Shown piece after piece: positions 62,676-64,000 of a DNA stretch of 64,000 nt. Position numbers and translations under genes: made by a program. The notes under the pieces are model-generated. The model did not search any database. It had not been told where the DNA came from and saw only the letters and a program-made list of their open reading frames with translations. How positions within the stretch are numbered: position 1 is the stretch's first letter; the number at the start of each line of letters is the position of its first letter. Origin of the DNA: Chiloscyllium plagiosum (Eukaryota); the NCBI RefSeq assembly GCF_004010195.1, contig NC_057718.1, forward strand, positions 81,668,028-81,732,027. The letters run 5' to 3'.

Positions 62676-63942
62676 GGTCAGAATCTCTTCTCACAATTCA
62701 AACCTCAGGTACAAAATTGGACTTCTTTTTCTTGATATCAAGAGCTTCATTGTTCTGATCTCACCACATTTTCATTGAGGGGCACGGAGAATTTCACTTC
62801 ATATTCCTTTTCATTCGTGCACTGATGACACTCAGCTCTGCCTCACCATTACTTTTCTGTTGTCCTTTGATACTCCTTAAAGTTTCTCTCTTAAAACAAG
62901 TGTTTTATCTTCTACCCAAATATCTCCTCATATCTCTTGTCCAATCATGCTCCTGTGAAACATTGTGATTTTTTTTAAATATTAAAGGTGCCACATGAAT
63001 GCATATCTCAGTTGTTGCTGATGTCTGGCAATTATACATAATGCCTAGGATTGACAATCCTCCCGGTATGACCTAGAGTTTCTCTGAATTAAATATTAAT
63101 CTCCAGACCACTGATCCCCCATGTTCCTACACGGAGTAAGGATGAGACATCTATGTCACCAGCCTGGGTAGTTTGGAACTGTCAAGTAAGTCCCTGCCTG
63201 GGAAAGAACAGGGCAAGCATGGAAGACTTGCACATCAGGATGATCAGGGTGTGTTTTGTTCAGAAAGTTCCGAAGTTGGAGATTTTATTGTTGTGAGCTA
63301 AGGCTGAATATTTTGTAAACTTTCAAATAAAGCCATATCTATCTATATTATATAGCTATTCATATATAGTTATGGTTCATACACATACAGAAATATTGAA
63401 ATGTTTTAATTAAAATATTAGGCTGATGGAAGCTTCTTGATGCTCATTTTATTTCCTTAGAGCTTTGCTGGAATGATTTGCATGTGTCCCCGGGCCATAT
63501 GTGAAGTATTTGGATGCACTTGACTTCAGGTATACTACAGACATCAAATTCTTCACGTACAGTCAAACAACACCTGAAATTGTGCCTTATTTTCATCCCT
63601 ATTCACTAATATACAATGGTATCAGATACAACGGACTTTACTTTGATGAAGGGCAGGAGCTTGTTTACCAATATACCAATACAAACCAACTCCCAGGAGT
63701 AGTTAGCACGGGTTATTAAATGCAGCACAGTATGTTTCTGGACATTATTGCTTTACTTGCTAAGTATGCACTTCCTTTTTATATTGCACATCACATGCAT
63801 TTGGAAGCTTCTTGCAAAGGGAATGTGCATAGTTTCACTGTTATCAGGTACTTTTATTTAGCGCCCTGGTGAAATTACTTGTGTGGCTAACAAATTCCAA
63901 TTACCTTCATTGTGAGATGTGATTCATTCAGAAACACCAAGA

Positions 63943-64000
63943 GGGGTGGCACGGTGGCTCAGTGGTTAGCACTGCTGCCTCACATCACCAGGTCCCATGT
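63943..64000 (+). mobile_element. HE1-type SINE 5' head (runs off window)
   Basis: ggggtggcacggtggctcagtggttagcactgctgcctcac. Confidence 0.88.

Noticed and set aside
63461..63719. Possible host exon (ttccttag acceptor, cag/gtatac donor) and Tyr-rich 72-aa ORF
   Set aside because: The 69-bp candidate exon has stops in all three frames; the ORF has no recognisable homology

Overview
Repeat-dominated eukaryotic non-coding DNA. I found no supportable host protein-coding exon, tRNA gene or rRNA gene. The repeat complement (HE1-type V-SINEs sharing a 3' tail with CR1/HER1-type LINEs, Deu-domain SacSINE1-like relics) points to a cartilaginous fish, probably a shark; this is an inference. Contents: many truncated CR1 LINEs, a second CR1/L2-group LINE family, one RTE/BovB-like LINE, a decayed Gypsy LTR element plus a second LTR copy, a young TG..CA LTR element with a 5-bp TSD, and Penelope-like elements (PLEs) of at least four families. 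Two N-gaps lie at 45742-46243 and 53399-53526. Long ORFs are TE fragments, antisense shadows, repeats or gap artefacts. The most notable signals are: (1) about 20 intact or decayed minimal hammerhead-ribozyme motifs in PLE termini, with covarying stems and a palindromic, dimer-only helix III, including a tandem pair 555 nt apart and ~160-bp TSD-flanked hairpin mini-elements; (2) a non-coding retroposon family, two copies here, each with an independently expanded internal VNTR; (3) a 276-bp, ~99% identical inverted duplication of non-TE-looking DNA; (4) TE-free islands that resemble conserved regulatory elements. Coordinates were read by eye, and boundaries of old elements are approximate.
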